Origin: Mucisphaera calidilacus
GTDB taxonomy: Bacteria; Planctomycetota; Phycisphaerae; Phycisphaerales; Phycisphaeraceae
Direction of reading: 5' to 3'
DNA: 32,000 bases
Assembly (NCBI RefSeq): GCF_007748075.1
Contig: NZ_CP036280.1
Coordinates: 1,470,001-1,502,000, forward strand
Part shown: piece by piece, positions 20,884-30,540 of the stretch
How positions within the stretch are numbered: position 1 is the stretch's first letter
How the letters are laid out: each line of letters begins with the position of its first letter
Made by a program: the position numbers and the translations under genes
Notes under the pieces: model-generated
Database searches by the model: none
Seen by the model: the letters and a program-made list of their open reading frames with translations, nothing else
Told to the model about the DNA's origin: nothing

Positions 20884-22722
20884 ATGGGACCCTTAGTGAT
20901 CGCCCTGGTCTCAGGGCTGCTTCTGATTCTGGCTTACGTGACCTACGGTCGCTGGTTGGGGAGACGAGTCTTCGAACTCGATCCCGGTGCTGTCTGTCCG
21001 TCCAAAAAACTCAACGACGGCGTCGACTTCGTGCCCACACCCACGCCCGTGGTCTTCGGCCACCACTTCACCTCCATCGCCGGCACCGGACCCATCGTCG
21101 GGCCCGCCATCGCCGTCATGTGGGGCTGGCTGCCCGCCCTGATCTGGATCCTCGTCGGCTCCATCTTCATCGGCGCCGTCCACGACTTCGGCTCCCTCGT
21201 CGTCTCCATCCGCAACCGCGGCCAGTCCGTCGGCGAAGTCGCCGGCCGCGTCATCGCGCCACGCGTGCGCCTCCTCTTTCTGCTCGTGCTCTTCATGGCA
21301 CTCACGATCGTTCTCGCCATCTTCGGCCTCGTCATCGCCGCCGTCTTCAAGACCTACCCCGCAGCCATCGCGCCCTGCCTGCTCCAGATCCCCATGGCGA
21401 TCCTCATCGGCGTCTGGCTCCGACGAGGCGGACGCAACCTCCTCTTCCCCTCAATCCTCGTCCTCGCGCTCATGTACGTCTCGGTCATCTTCGGCGACAC
21501 CGGCATGCTCATGGGCTTCAACGCACAACTCGCCAGCCAGAGCATGATGTGGTGGGTCATCGCCTTACTCGCCTACAGCGCCGTCGCCTCCGTCCTGCCC
21601 GTCGGGCTCCTCCTCCAGCCACGCGACTACATCAACAGCCTCCAGCTCATCAGCGCCATGATCCTCGTCGTCCTCGGCCTCATCGTCGCCTCCGCCATCG
21701 GCGGAGCACCGGTTGCCGGCGAACGCCCCGCCCTCGAACTCATCGCTCCCGTGGTCGATTGGTCTCCGGCCAACGCTCCACCCATGCTGCCCTTCCTCTT
21801 CATCGTCATCGCCTGCGGCGCCATCAGCGGATTCCACTGCCTCGTCAGCTCCGGCACCACCTCCAAGCAACTCAACGCCGAGCCCGCCGCTCGCTGCGTC
21901 GGCTACGGCGCCATGCTCACCGAAGGCTTCCTCGCCACCATCGTTACCCTCGCCTGCGTCGCAGGACTCGGCCTGGGCATCGCTTCCGAAACCGGCACCA
22001 CCCTCCTCGGTGCCGACGCATGGAACGCTCGCTACGGGCAGTGGATGGGCGACAAATCCCTCGCCTACAAGGTCGGGGCCTTCGTCGACGGTGCCGCGAA
22101 CTTCCTCAAGACCCTCGGCATCCCCTCGGGCATCGCCGTCGCCCTCATGGGCGTCCTCGTCGCCTCCTTCGCCGCGACCACCCTCGACACCGCCTGCCGA
22201 CTCCAACGCTACGTCGTCCAGGAACTCGCCAACACCATCGCCAGGCCCAACGGCAGCCCCAGCGCGGTCGCCAGCATCGTTCAGCCCTTCCGCGGCCGGC
22301 TCGGAGCCACCATCCTCGCCATCACCGTCGCCACCCTCATGGCCGCCATGCCCCTGCCCGGGCAGGCATGGGGATGGGACAACGCCGGGAAGGGGGGGCT
22401 CATCCTCTGGCCGATGTTCGGCGCAACCAACCAACTCCTGGGCGGCCTCGCCTTCATGGTCATCGCCTTCTACCTCAAACGACGGGACAAACCCGTCTGG
22501 TTCCTCATCGCACCCCTGATCTTCATGCTCATCCTCCCCGCATGGGCCATGATCCAGCAGCTCGGCGGCTGGTGGAACGCCGAATCGCCCAACTGGATCC
22601 TCATCATCGTCGCCATCAGCACCCTGCTCCTCGAAGCATGGATGATCGCCGAGGCCGCCTCCGTCTGGTGGTCCCTCCCGCGCGGCGGAGGACTGACCAC
22701 GCCTCAACTCGATTCAGCCTGA
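20884..22722 (+). CDS. cstA: Carbon starvation protein A family transporter
   Basis: GHHFTSIAGTGPIVGPAIAVMWGWLPALIWILVGSIFIGAVHDFGSL is the CstA signature region. Polytopic, 612 aa. Confidence 0.9.
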   Translation: MGPLVIALVSGLLLILAYVTYGRWLGRRVFELDPGAVCPSKKLNDGVDFVPTPTPVVFGHHFTSIAGTGPIVGPAIAVMWGWLPALIWILVGSIFIGAVHDFGSLVVSIRNRGQSVGEVAGRVIAPRVRLLFLLVLFMALTIVLAIFGLVIAAVFKTYPAAIAPCLLQIPMAILIGVWLRRGGRNLLFPSILVLALMYVSVIFGDTGMLMGFNAQLASQSMMWWVIALLAYSAVASVLPVGLLLQPRDYINSLQLISAMILVVLGLIVASAIGGAPVAGERPALELIAPVVDWSPANAPPMLPFLFIVIACGAISGFHCLVSSGTTSKQLNAEPAARCVGYGAMLTEGFLATIVTLACVAGLGLGIASETGTTLLGADAWNARYGQWMGDKSLAYKVGAFVDGAANFLKTLGIPSGIAVALMGVLVASFAATTLDTACRLQRYVVQELANTIARPNGSPSAVASIVQPFRGRLGATILAITVATLMAAMPLPGQAWGWDNAGKGGLILWPMFGATNQLLGGLAFMVIAFYLKRRDKPVWFLIAPLIFMLILPAWAMIQQLGGWWNAESPNWILIIVAISTLLLEAWMIAEAASVWWSLPRGGGLTTPQLDSA

Positions 22723-22767
22723 TCCCGTTTGGTTCTCGACCCCGATACCCTCTAAAATGACCGGTTC

Positions 22768-23226
22768 ATGACCAAACGCAAAGACCTGTGGATCCTGATG
22801 CTGCCGACCGTGCTCGCACTCGGCGGATGCTTCGCCCAGCGACCTCCCATCGAGGTCGTCAGCGTCGCCCTGACCGACCAGAGCCCCTCGGGACATGTCA
22901 TCGAGACAATCCTCGCCGTCCGAAACCCCTGGGACAAGCCCGTCCAGATCGGCCCGGTCGACTGGACCATCGAGGTCAACGGCACCACCTTCTCCGACAC
23001 CGACTCACCACCGGTCAGCCTGCCCGCCGACGGCGTCCAGACCGTCACGCTCCGCAGCGCCCTGCCCGCCACCGCCGATAAAGAGAACATCGCCTACAGC
23101 GGCCACGGCAAACTCACCTTCACGCCGCCAGGCGACTTCCGGGTCGTGCTGACCGAGAGCGGCTTCCCACTGCCCAAAGCCGACTTCCGATTTTCCGGAA
23201 GCCTCGACGCCAACACCACCCCCTGA
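22768..23226 (+). CDS. Lipoprotein, LEA_2 / LEA14-like (water-stress) domain candidate
   Basis: Lipobox LALGGC after a basic N-terminus. The beta-rich pattern (VRNPWDKPVQIGPVDWTIEVNG) resembles LEA_2 domains. The family call was made by eye only. Confidence 0.6.
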   Translation: MTKRKDLWILMLPTVLALGGCFAQRPPIEVVSVALTDQSPSGHVIETILAVRNPWDKPVQIGPVDWTIEVNGTTFSDTDSPPVSLPADGVQTVTLRSALPATADKENIAYSGHGKLTFTPPGDFRVVLTESGFPLPKADFRFSGSLDANTTP

Positions 23227-23237
23227 CCGGAGCAAAG

Positions 23238-24929
23238 ATGATGCTGAGCGAGTTCTTCGAAGACCGCCGCTACCTCATCCCATTCCGGGCCACACTCCTG
23301 CCACAGATCTTCACCGACGTCCTCGTCATCGGCACCGGCGTCGCCGGCTTCTCCGCCGCCATCCAAGCCGCCACGGGCGACAAGCCTGCCGACGTCATCC
23401 TCACCTGCAAGGGCCCCTGGAAACGCACCAGCACCGCGTGGGCCCAGGGCGGCATCTCCGCCGTCATGAGCCCCGAAGACTCCGTCGAAGCCCACACCGA
23501 AGACACCCTCGTCGCCGGGGCCGACCTCTGCAACCCCGAAGTCGTCCGCGACATCGCCGGCGAGGGCAGGCAGGCCATCGATCGCCTCATCAAGATGGGC
23601 ATGCGCCTCGACCGACCCGAAGGGGGAGGCGACTTCCACCTCGGACGCGAGGGCGGACACCGCATCCCACGCATCGTCCACGCCGACGGCGACTCCACCG
23701 GCAAGGAACTCGCACGCACCCTCCACAAGGAGATCACCAGAAACCCCGGCATCCGACTCTTCGAAGACTGCTTCGTCCTCGACCTCATCACACGCGAGGG
23801 CGCTCCGCCCACTTGCCTCGGAGCCGTCACCTACCACCCCAAACACGGTCTCCAGGTCATCTGGGCCCACACCACCATCCTCGGCACCGGCGGCTGCGGA
23901 CAACTCTTCCGCGAATCTACCAACCCCGAGTTCGCCACCGGCGACGGCCTCGCCATGGCCTACCGCGCCGGACTCGACCTCGCCGACCTCGCCTTCATCC
24001 AGTTCCACCCCACCACCCTCTACGTCGCAGGCGCTACGCGATCCCTCATCACCGAAGCCGTACGCGGCGAAGGCGCTCACATCATCGACCGCAGCGGCCA
24101 CCGCTTCATGCCCGACTACGACGAACGCGCCGAACTCGCGCCACGCGACATCGTCAGCCAGTGCATCGTCGCCCAGATGGCCAAGACCGACCACACCAAC
24201 GTCTACCTCGACGTCCGACACTTCGCCGAGGGACAATTCGCCGCACGCTTCCCGGGCATCGACCGACGCCTGCGCGACTTCGGCATCGACCCCACCAGGC
24301 AGCCCATCCCCATCCAGCCCGCTGCCCACTACATGGTCGGCGGCATCCTCGCCGACACCCACGGACGCACCAACATCGAGAACCTCCTCGCCGTCGGCGA
24401 GGCATCCTGCACCGGCTTCCACGGCGCCAACCGACTCGCCTCCAACAGCCTCCTCGAAGGACTCGTCTGCGGCTCACGCGCAGGCCTACTCGCACGCGAG
24501 ACCGCCGCCGACCGCACCAGACACACCCTCATCAAGGTCATTTCCGACATCCGACCCTCCGAACGCTCCGAACTCGACCTGCCCGACGTACGCTCGTCCC
24601 TCCGAAGCGTCATGTGGCGGCACGTCGGCATCAGCCGTGAGGGAAAACGACTCATCGAGGTCCAGGAGATGATCGACTTCTGGGCTCGATACGTCATGGA
24701 CAAGATCTTCGACGACGTCGCCGGCTGGGAAGTCCAGAACATGCTCACGGCAGGGGGGGCCATCACCCGATCCGCCCTCTGGCGCACCGAGTCACGCGGA
24801 ACCCACCACCGCGACGACCACCCCCAACGCGACGACACTTTCCGTGTTCACGACGCCTGGTCCCGGGGACTGGACCAGCCGCGAACGATACCCATACCAA
24901 CCGACGAGGCGGCGCCCCCGACCGCCTGA
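23238..24929 (+). CDS. nadB: L-aspartate oxidase
   Basis: FAD-binding DVLVIGTGVAGFSAA, plus AQGGISAV, FIQFHPT, RGEGA and ANRLASNSLLEGLV motifs. Confidence 0.9.
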   Translation: MMLSEFFEDRRYLIPFRATLLPQIFTDVLVIGTGVAGFSAAIQAATGDKPADVILTCKGPWKRTSTAWAQGGISAVMSPEDSVEAHTEDTLVAGADLCNPEVVRDIAGEGRQAIDRLIKMGMRLDRPEGGGDFHLGREGGHRIPRIVHADGDSTGKELARTLHKEITRNPGIRLFEDCFVLDLITREGAPPTCLGAVTYHPKHGLQVIWAHTTILGTGGCGQLFRESTNPEFATGDGLAMAYRAGLDLADLAFIQFHPTTLYVAGATRSLITEAVRGEGAHIIDRSGHRFMPDYDERAELAPRDIVSQCIVAQMAKTDHTNVYLDVRHFAEGQFAARFPGIDRRLRDFGIDPTRQPIPIQPAAHYMVGGILADTHGRTNIENLLAVGEASCTGFHGANRLASNSLLEGLVCGSRAGLLARETAADRTRHTLIKVISDIRPSERSELDLPDVRSSLRSVMWRHVGISREGKRLIEVQEMIDFWARYVMDKIFDDVAGWEVQNMLTAGGAITRSALWRTESRGTHHRDDHPQRDDTFRVHDAWSRGLDQPRTIPIPTDEAAPPTA

Positions 24930-24951
24930 TCGCACCCAAGAAACCCCAGCG

Positions 24952-25524
24952 ATGAGTCTTACTTACAAGCACGGCGTCTACATGGCCGACACCGCGCGCG
25001 TCCTCGGCGACGTCCAGGTCGGCAACGACGTCACCTTCTGGTACGGCGCCGCCGTCCGAGGCGACGTCGCGCCCATCGTCATCGGCGACCGCACCAACGT
25101 CCAGGACAACGCCGTCATCCACTGCGACTCCGGCATCCCCAACATCATCGGATCCGACGTCGTCATCGGACACGCCGCCATGGTCCACGGAGCAGAGGTC
25201 GGCGACGGATCGCTCATCGGCATGCAGGCCACCGTCCTCGGGCAGGCCAGAATCGGCAAAGGCTGCCTCATCGCTGCCGGCGCCGTGGTCCGACCCGGCA
25301 TGGAAGTCCCCGACGGCATGGTCGTCATGGGGCTCCCCGGCAAGATCGTCCGCGAGACCACCGACAACGAAATGAAATACATGGCCTGGCTCGCCAAACA
25401 CTACGTCGAGCTCGCACAGCTCCACGCCACGCAGACCGACCACCCCCGCGTCAAGCCGTGGGACGGCAACCAGGACCCCGCCCGCACCATCGAACACCCC
25501 GCTCCACCCCCCCTCTACGACTAA
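24952..25524 (+). CDS. Gamma-class carbonic anhydrase-like / left-handed beta-helix (hexapeptide) protein
   Basis: VLGDVQVGNDVTFWYGAAVRGDVAPIVIGDRTNVQDNAVIHCD and hexapeptide repeats. Start at internal ATG 24952 of track ORF 24844..25524. Confidence 0.85.
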   Translation: MSLTYKHGVYMADTARVLGDVQVGNDVTFWYGAAVRGDVAPIVIGDRTNVQDNAVIHCDSGIPNIIGSDVVIGHAAMVHGAEVGDGSLIGMQATVLGQARIGKGCLIAAGAVVRPGMEVPDGMVVMGLPGKIVRETTDNEMKYMAWLAKHYVELAQLHATQTDHPRVKPWDGNQDPARTIEHPAPPPLYD

Positions 25525-25540
25525 GGCAACGAGAAACCCC

Positions 25541-26269
25541 ATGATCCTCTTCCCCGCAATCGACATGCGAGGCGGCAAGGTCGTCCGTCTCTACCAGGGC
25601 GACTACGGCCAGCAGACCACCTACGGCGACGACCCGCTCTCGCAGGCCAAAGCCTTCGAACACGCCGGCGCAACCTGGGTCCACCTTGTCGACCTCGACG
25701 GCGCTCGCTCCGGAAGGATGGAACACCTCCCCTTCATCGAAGCCATCTGCAAACAGACCTCCCTCAAGGTCGAGGTCGGCGGGGGGGTCCGAACCGAAGA
25801 AAGCATCGAACGCCTCCTCCGCGCAGGCGTCGACCGCGTCGTCCTCGGCACCGCAGCACTCAAGAACTGGTCATGGTTCGAGTCGCTCATGGGCAACCCC
25901 ACCTACCGCGGGCGACTCGTGCTCGGACTCGATGCCAAGGACGGCCGTGTCGCCGTCGACGGCTGGGAACAGACCACCGAAACCACCGCCGTCGAACTCG
26001 CCCGCACCGTCAACGACTGGCCGCTCGCCGCCATCGTCTACACCGACATCGCCACCGACGGAACCCTCGCCGGTCCCAGCATCGATTCAACCCGCGAGAT
26101 GGCCGAAGCGACCATGACACCCATCGTCGCCAGCGGGGGGGTCGGCACCCTCGACGACCTCCGCGCACTCCGACAACTCCCCATCCAGGGCGCCATCATC
26201 GGTCGATCACTCTACGAGGACCGATTCACACTCGAAGAAGCCCTCGCCGCCTTCTCAGGAAACGAATGA
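25541..26269 (+). CDS. hisA: ProFAR isomerase HisA (1-(5-phosphoribosyl)-5-[(5-phosphoribosylamino)methylideneamino]imidazole-4-carboxamide isomerase)
   Basis: MILFPAIDMRGGKVVRLYQGDY N-terminus, VGGGVR and ASGGVG phosphate-binding motifs. Confidence 0.9.
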   Translation: MILFPAIDMRGGKVVRLYQGDYGQQTTYGDDPLSQAKAFEHAGATWVHLVDLDGARSGRMEHLPFIEAICKQTSLKVEVGGGVRTEESIERLLRAGVDRVVLGTAALKNWSWFESLMGNPTYRGRLVLGLDAKDGRVAVDGWEQTTETTAVELARTVNDWPLAAIVYTDIATDGTLAGPSIDSTREMAEATMTPIVASGGVGTLDDLRALRQLPIQGAIIGRSLYEDRFTLEEALAAFSGNE

Positions 26270-26270
26270 C

Positions 26271-26585
26271 ATGGCACGCACCGGCACCGGCAACGAATCC
26301 GACAACCCGCTCCAGGGCTACTTCGAGTGGCAGGTCACCACGCTCCTGCTCGCCTACGACCTCGCCGAACCCATCGAGCGAGGCGACCAGGAAGCCTCCG
26401 AACGACGACGTCGACGCGTGGAGGAAGAAGTCTCCCAGCTCTCCCTCGCCGTCATCCCCGAGAAATACCGCAACGACCCCAAGCTCAACTGGCCGCCCGA
26501 GATCATGATGACCATCACCAAGGCCACGCTCCTCCGCACCTTCGAGATCACAGGCGAAGTGCTCGAAGCCGATGTCCTCGACTAA
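26271..26585 (+). CDS. Hypothetical protein (104 aa)
   Basis: ORF starts 1 nt after the hisA stop and has native-like codon bias. No recognisable motifs. Confidence 0.55.
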   Translation: MARTGTGNESDNPLQGYFEWQVTTLLLAYDLAEPIERGDQEASERRRRRVEEEVSQLSLAVIPEKYRNDPKLNWPPEIMMTITKATLLRTFEITGEVLEADVLD

Positions 26586-26605
26586 ACCCCACCTAAGGAC
26601 GCAGC

Positions 26606-27562
26606 ATGAAGATCGTCGTCACCGATGGCGTCACCCTCAACCCGGGCGACCTGAGCTGGGAGCAACTCGCAGACCTCGGCAACTGCGACATCTACGACAA
26701 CAGCACGCCGGAAGAAAATCTCCAGCGCTGCCGGGACGCCGACATCGTCCTCACCAACAAGGTCGTCTTCGACAAAGACACACTCGAACAACTCCCCAGC
26801 CTCAAGCTCATCAGCGTCACCGCCACCGGCTACAACATCATCGACACCACGACCGCCTCCCAGCGGAACGTTGTCGTTACCAACGTGCCCGCCTACAGCA
26901 CCCAGTCCGTCGCACAGATGACTTTCGCCCTCATCCTCGAACTCTGCCAGCACGTCGGCCACCACAGCCAGACCGTCCACGAAGGACGCTGGTCCCGATC
27001 ACCCAACTTCTGCTACTGGGACAAGCCCCTCATCGAACTCGCCGGACGCACACTGGGCATCGTCGGCACCGGACGCATCGGCAGCGAATCCGCACAGATC
27101 GCCAAAGCCTTCGGCATGAACGTCATCGCCACCAACCGAACCGGCAACCCAGGCGACACCGGACTCACCATCGTCGACCGCGACGAGCTCTTCGCACGCA
27201 GCGACATCGTTAGCCTCCACTGCCCCCTGACCAACGACAACGAGCAATTCGTCAACCAGACGCTACTCACCACCATGAAACCCTCCGCCTTCCTCATCAA
27301 CACCAGCAGGGGGCAACTCATCAACGAACAACACCTCGCCGACGCCCTCAACAGCGAACAGATCGCCGGCGCCGGACTCGACGTCCTCGCCACCGAACCC
27401 CCCGCACCCGACAACCCGCTCCTCACCGCGAAAAACTGTGTCATCACGCCCCACATCGCCTGGGCAACCCGCGCCGCACGGTCACGCCTCATGGACATCG
27501 CCGTCGACAACGTCAAAGCCTTCCTCCAAGGCTCCCCCCGCAACGTCGTGAACCCTGCGTGA
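26606..27562 (+). CDS. D-isomer-specific 2-hydroxyacid dehydrogenase (glycerate/hydroxypyruvate reductase-like)
   Basis: NAD-binding GIVGTGRIG. Catalytic-region motifs NTSRG, LDV..EP and TPHIAW. Confidence 0.85.
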   Translation: MKIVVTDGVTLNPGDLSWEQLADLGNCDIYDNSTPEENLQRCRDADIVLTNKVVFDKDTLEQLPSLKLISVTATGYNIIDTTTASQRNVVVTNVPAYSTQSVAQMTFALILELCQHVGHHSQTVHEGRWSRSPNFCYWDKPLIELAGRTLGIVGTGRIGSESAQIAKAFGMNVIATNRTGNPGDTGLTIVDRDELFARSDIVSLHCPLTNDNEQFVNQTLLTTMKPSAFLINTSRGQLINEQHLADALNSEQIAGAGLDVLATEPPAPDNPLLTAKNCVITPHIAWATRAARSRLMDIAVDNVKAFLQGSPRNVVNPA

Positions 27563-27652
27563 GAATTCGCCGCAGGGAAACGACAGTTAGAGTCTTAGGC
27601 TAATCCAATCAAAACCCACTGCTGTATTTTGTAAATAGCCACTTCATGAACC

Positions 27653-27680
27653 TTGACACAAACAGCTGAAACATTAATAT
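27653..27680 (+). promoter_or_regulatory. Near-consensus sigma70-type promoter (TTGACA-16-TAATAT)
   Basis: TTGACA at 27653-27658 and TAATAT at 27675-27680, in an AT-rich spacer about 45 nt upstream of ATG 27724. The -10 element overlaps ATG 27679, which argues against that start. Confidence 0.5.
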
Positions 27681-27723
27681 GAAAGCTGGAAAGAGGGAAA
27701 CACTACAAGCAGAGAGAGTTGGG

Positions 27724-28302
27724 ATGACCTACAGGACTTTATTATTGGGTATAGCCGCTGCGCTGGTTGGCACCACCTCGGTGATCGCCAAGCCCGCTAC
27801 AACGACCGTCGTAGTCGAGGCGATGATCTCAGACATCCTCAGCGGGGACGCCACCGACGCCGCGGGCCCCTTCAGCGGCAACGACAACGGCAGTCTGACA
27901 GACGCATTCCTCAACAGCACCTTCGGTACCAATTATGACTGGACCTGGCAGGGCAAGAGCGACGACGGCGGCTTCGGCCCCTTCACCAGCAACCCCGACA
28001 CCACCAACGGCACACTGACGCTGGACGACGCCATCTCCGGCCCCTTCATCCTCTCGCTCAAAGCCGCCAACAGCTACAGCCTCTACTACTTCGACGACAC
28101 CTTCATCGGCCTGACATCCTTCGACTTCACCACCCTTGGCGTATCGCAGAACAAGCAGGGCAAGGCTCAGGACCTCTCGCACGCCGGCATCTACGCCGCG
28201 CCGCCGCCCCAAGCCTCCCCCGGCCCTGTACCCGCACCCACACCAAACGCCGCCGCAGCAGGCTTGGCGATCCTCGGCCTCGGGGGCCTCCGCCGCCGCT
28301 GA
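27724..28302 (+). CDS. Secreted PEP-CTERM-like anchored protein (192 aa), unknown domain
   Basis: Signal peptide MTYRTLLLGIAAALVGTTSVIA/K. Tail PVPAPTPNAAAAGLAILGLGGLRRR is a degenerate P-x-P motif plus helix plus RRR. Unrelated to P1-P5 by eye. Confidence 0.8.
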   Translation: MTYRTLLLGIAAALVGTTSVIAKPATTTVVVEAMISDILSGDATDAAGPFSGNDNGSLTDAFLNSTFGTNYDWTWQGKSDDGGFGPFTSNPDTTNGTLTLDDAISGPFILSLKAANSYSLYYFDDTFIGLTSFDFTTLGVSQNKQGKAQDLSHAGIYAAPPPQASPGPVPAPTPNAAAAGLAILGLGGLRRR

Positions 28303-28325
28303 TTCAACCCATTCAATCAATCAAA

Positions 28326-28352
28326 AGCCCCGCGGTTACCGTGGGGCTTTTT
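28326..28352 (+). terminator. Rho-independent terminator between convergent genes
   Basis: AGCCCCGCGG / CCGTGGGGCT stem (one G-U pair) followed by TTTTT. An A-run on the other side could allow bidirectional use. Confidence 0.75.
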
Positions 28353-28372
28353 GATGCCGGCACGCTGCATAC

Positions 28373-30325
28373 TCACCCCAGCGCCGCGTGCCAACGCCCC
28401 AGCGCCATCACCGGGAAGTACAACCGGTACAGGTGATAACGCAGATAGAACACACGCGGGAAACCCGTCCCCGTGAACTCGTTCTCGACCCAGTCGCCAT
28501 CCGACTGCTGCGTCTCAATCAGCCACCGCGCCGCAGCTTTCACAGCATCATCCTCCGGCCCGTAGATCGCCTGCAGCGTCATCATCCCCCACGCCGTCTG
28601 CGACGCCGTCGAAGGACCACGCCCCCGAAGCGACGGATCTTCATACGTGTCCGCCGACTCCCCGAACGAACCGTCCGACTGCTGCACCGACTTGAGCCAC
28701 TCACCCGCCTTGCGGATCCACGGCAGCGTCATGTCATAACCCAGCCGATCCAACCCACCAATCGACTGCCATGTGCCGTAAATGTAGTTCACGCCCCAAC
28801 GACCGAAAAACGGCCCGTCCGGCTCCTGACGCGTCTTGATGTACGCAATCGCACGCAGCACGGCAGGGTGGTCCGCCCTGAAGCCGTGATGCCCCAGACA
28901 CTCCAGCACACGCCCCGTGATGTCCGGACACGACGGGTCCTGCATCGCGTTGTGATCCGCAAACGGCACGTACTCCAGAATCGAACGGTTGCACGCCCCG
29001 CGGTCGAACGCCGCCCACCCGCCGTCCGGGTTCTGCATCGCCAGCACCCAGTCAATCCCACGGTTCGCCGCATCGATCCCGTCCCGACGACCGATCCGAC
29101 GCAGCGCCATCGCCACCATCACCGTGTCATCACAGTCGGGATACCACGCGTTCTCATACTCAAAAAACCAGCCGGCAGGGGGGACGTCCTCAGGCAGATT
29201 GTTCGCCCAGTCACCCTTGATCGTGACCTCCTTGGCCACCAGCCAGTCCGCCGCACGCCCCATCCCCTCGTGCCCCTGATCAAGCCCCGCCTCCGTCAAC
29301 GCATACGCCGCGATCCCCGTATCCCACACCGGCGAGAAACACGGCTGCAACCGGATCTCACCCGTCTCCGGATCCTTCAACATGAACCGATCCAGCTGAC
29401 GACGCGCCTCCACCAGCACTGGATGATCCTCGTCGTACCCAAGCACCAGCTGGAACGCCACCTGCAGATAAACCATCGGCGGGAAAATCGCACCCAGACC
29501 GTCACTCTGCTCCAGACGCTCCAACACCCAGCGCTCCATCGCACGCACCGAGCTCGCACGCCAGGGTGTACCACCCATCAGGTCCACCAGCTTCAGCCCC
29601 CGATCAATCAGGCCGAACACAGGCGTCCAGAACGGGTGCGGGTCCAGAACCGTCGGCAGCAAACGGTTCCGATCACGCTCCGAACGGTACAACTCATCAA
29701 TCCCCAGCCGCTCAGGCACCGCACGCACCGGCCGGTGCGTCACCACCAGACTCAGCGTGATGATCATCGCACGCGTCCACGAAGCCACCTTGTCGATGTG
29801 GAAGTAGAACCACCTGGGCAGCTTCATGATCTCAGGCGGGATCGACGGGATCGCCGAATAGGGCACCTGACCCAGGCAGGCCAGATAAAACTTGCTGAAC
29901 GTGTTGCACCGCTCGGCACCGCCCGCCGCGAGAATCGCCTCCCGCGCCCGCGCCATGTGCGGCGCACGCACGTCATCACCCGCCAGCTTCAGACAGAAAT
30001 ACCCCTTCACCGTCGCCGAAATGTCGATCTTCGAACCCGGATACTGCCCCCACGTCCCGTCCGCCCGCTGCTGACGACGCAGATACGCCGTGATCTGAGG
30101 CAGCCTCGGGTCGTCCTCCTGCCCCAGAATCCACTTCATGAGGATGTACTCGGACTGCAGAATCGAGTCGCCCTCAAGCTCCGCGCACCAGTGCCCGTCG
30201 CCATGCTGCAGACTCAGCAGCTTGCCGACCGCCGCATCCAGACCACGCTTTACGCGACCCTTCAAACCCTGCGTCGGCGGGCGTGTCATCTCGGCATCCG
30301 TGGCCTGGGGAACAGCGGTATCCAA
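28373..30325 (-). CDS. shc: Squalene-hopene cyclase
   Basis: DxDD catalytic motif (YPDCDDTVMVAMAL), multiple QW repeats (QNPDGGWA, QQSDGSFG, QQSDGDW), 650 aa. Confidence 0.95.
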   Translation of the reverse strand: MDTAVPQATDAEMTRPPTQGLKGRVKRGLDAAVGKLLSLQHGDGHWCAELEGDSILQSEYILMKWILGQEDDPRLPQITAYLRRQQRADGTWGQYPGSKIDISATVKGYFCLKLAGDDVRAPHMARAREAILAAGGAERCNTFSKFYLACLGQVPYSAIPSIPPEIMKLPRWFYFHIDKVASWTRAMIITLSLVVTHRPVRAVPERLGIDELYRSERDRNRLLPTVLDPHPFWTPVFGLIDRGLKLVDLMGGTPWRASSVRAMERWVLERLEQSDGLGAIFPPMVYLQVAFQLVLGYDEDHPVLVEARRQLDRFMLKDPETGEIRLQPCFSPVWDTGIAAYALTEAGLDQGHEGMGRAADWLVAKEVTIKGDWANNLPEDVPPAGWFFEYENAWYPDCDDTVMVAMALRRIGRRDGIDAANRGIDWVLAMQNPDGGWAAFDRGACNRSILEYVPFADHNAMQDPSCPDITGRVLECLGHHGFRADHPAVLRAIAYIKTRQEPDGPFFGRWGVNYIYGTWQSIGGLDRLGYDMTLPWIRKAGEWLKSVQQSDGSFGESADTYEDPSLRGRGPSTASQTAWGMMTLQAIYGPEDDAVKAAARWLIETQQSDGDWVENEFTGTGFPRVFYLRYHLYRLYFPVMALGRWHAALG

Positions 30326-30478
30326 AGTCAGTAATCCTCGGTGTGCGGGACGAAGTCTTCGTAAACCGCCAGTTTAATGGACCGGAGCCAATAGAGCGAT
30401 GATCTCGGCCAGAACCCATGCCTCGACGACATCGCACAACGCCAAATCACAAATCATCCCCGCGCCTCCCGCCAATAG

Positions 30479-30506
30479 AAAAACGCGGCCCCGCGAAAGG
30501 GCCGCG
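30479..30506 (-). terminator. Rho-independent terminator after the LamG-like PEP-CTERM gene
   Basis: On the minus strand, CGCGGCCC-TTTCGCG-GGGCCGCG followed by TTTTT. Confidence 0.8.
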
Positions 30507-30540
30507 CTCCTCCATCCTCAATCATCGGGTCGAAACGCGA

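Noticed and set aside
27679-27723. Upstream ATG (27679) as the start of the PEP-CTERM gene.
   Set aside because: That ATG overlaps the -10 hexamer of the near-consensus promoter, and the added residues (MKAGKRETLQAERVG) precede a normal signal peptide that starts at 27724.
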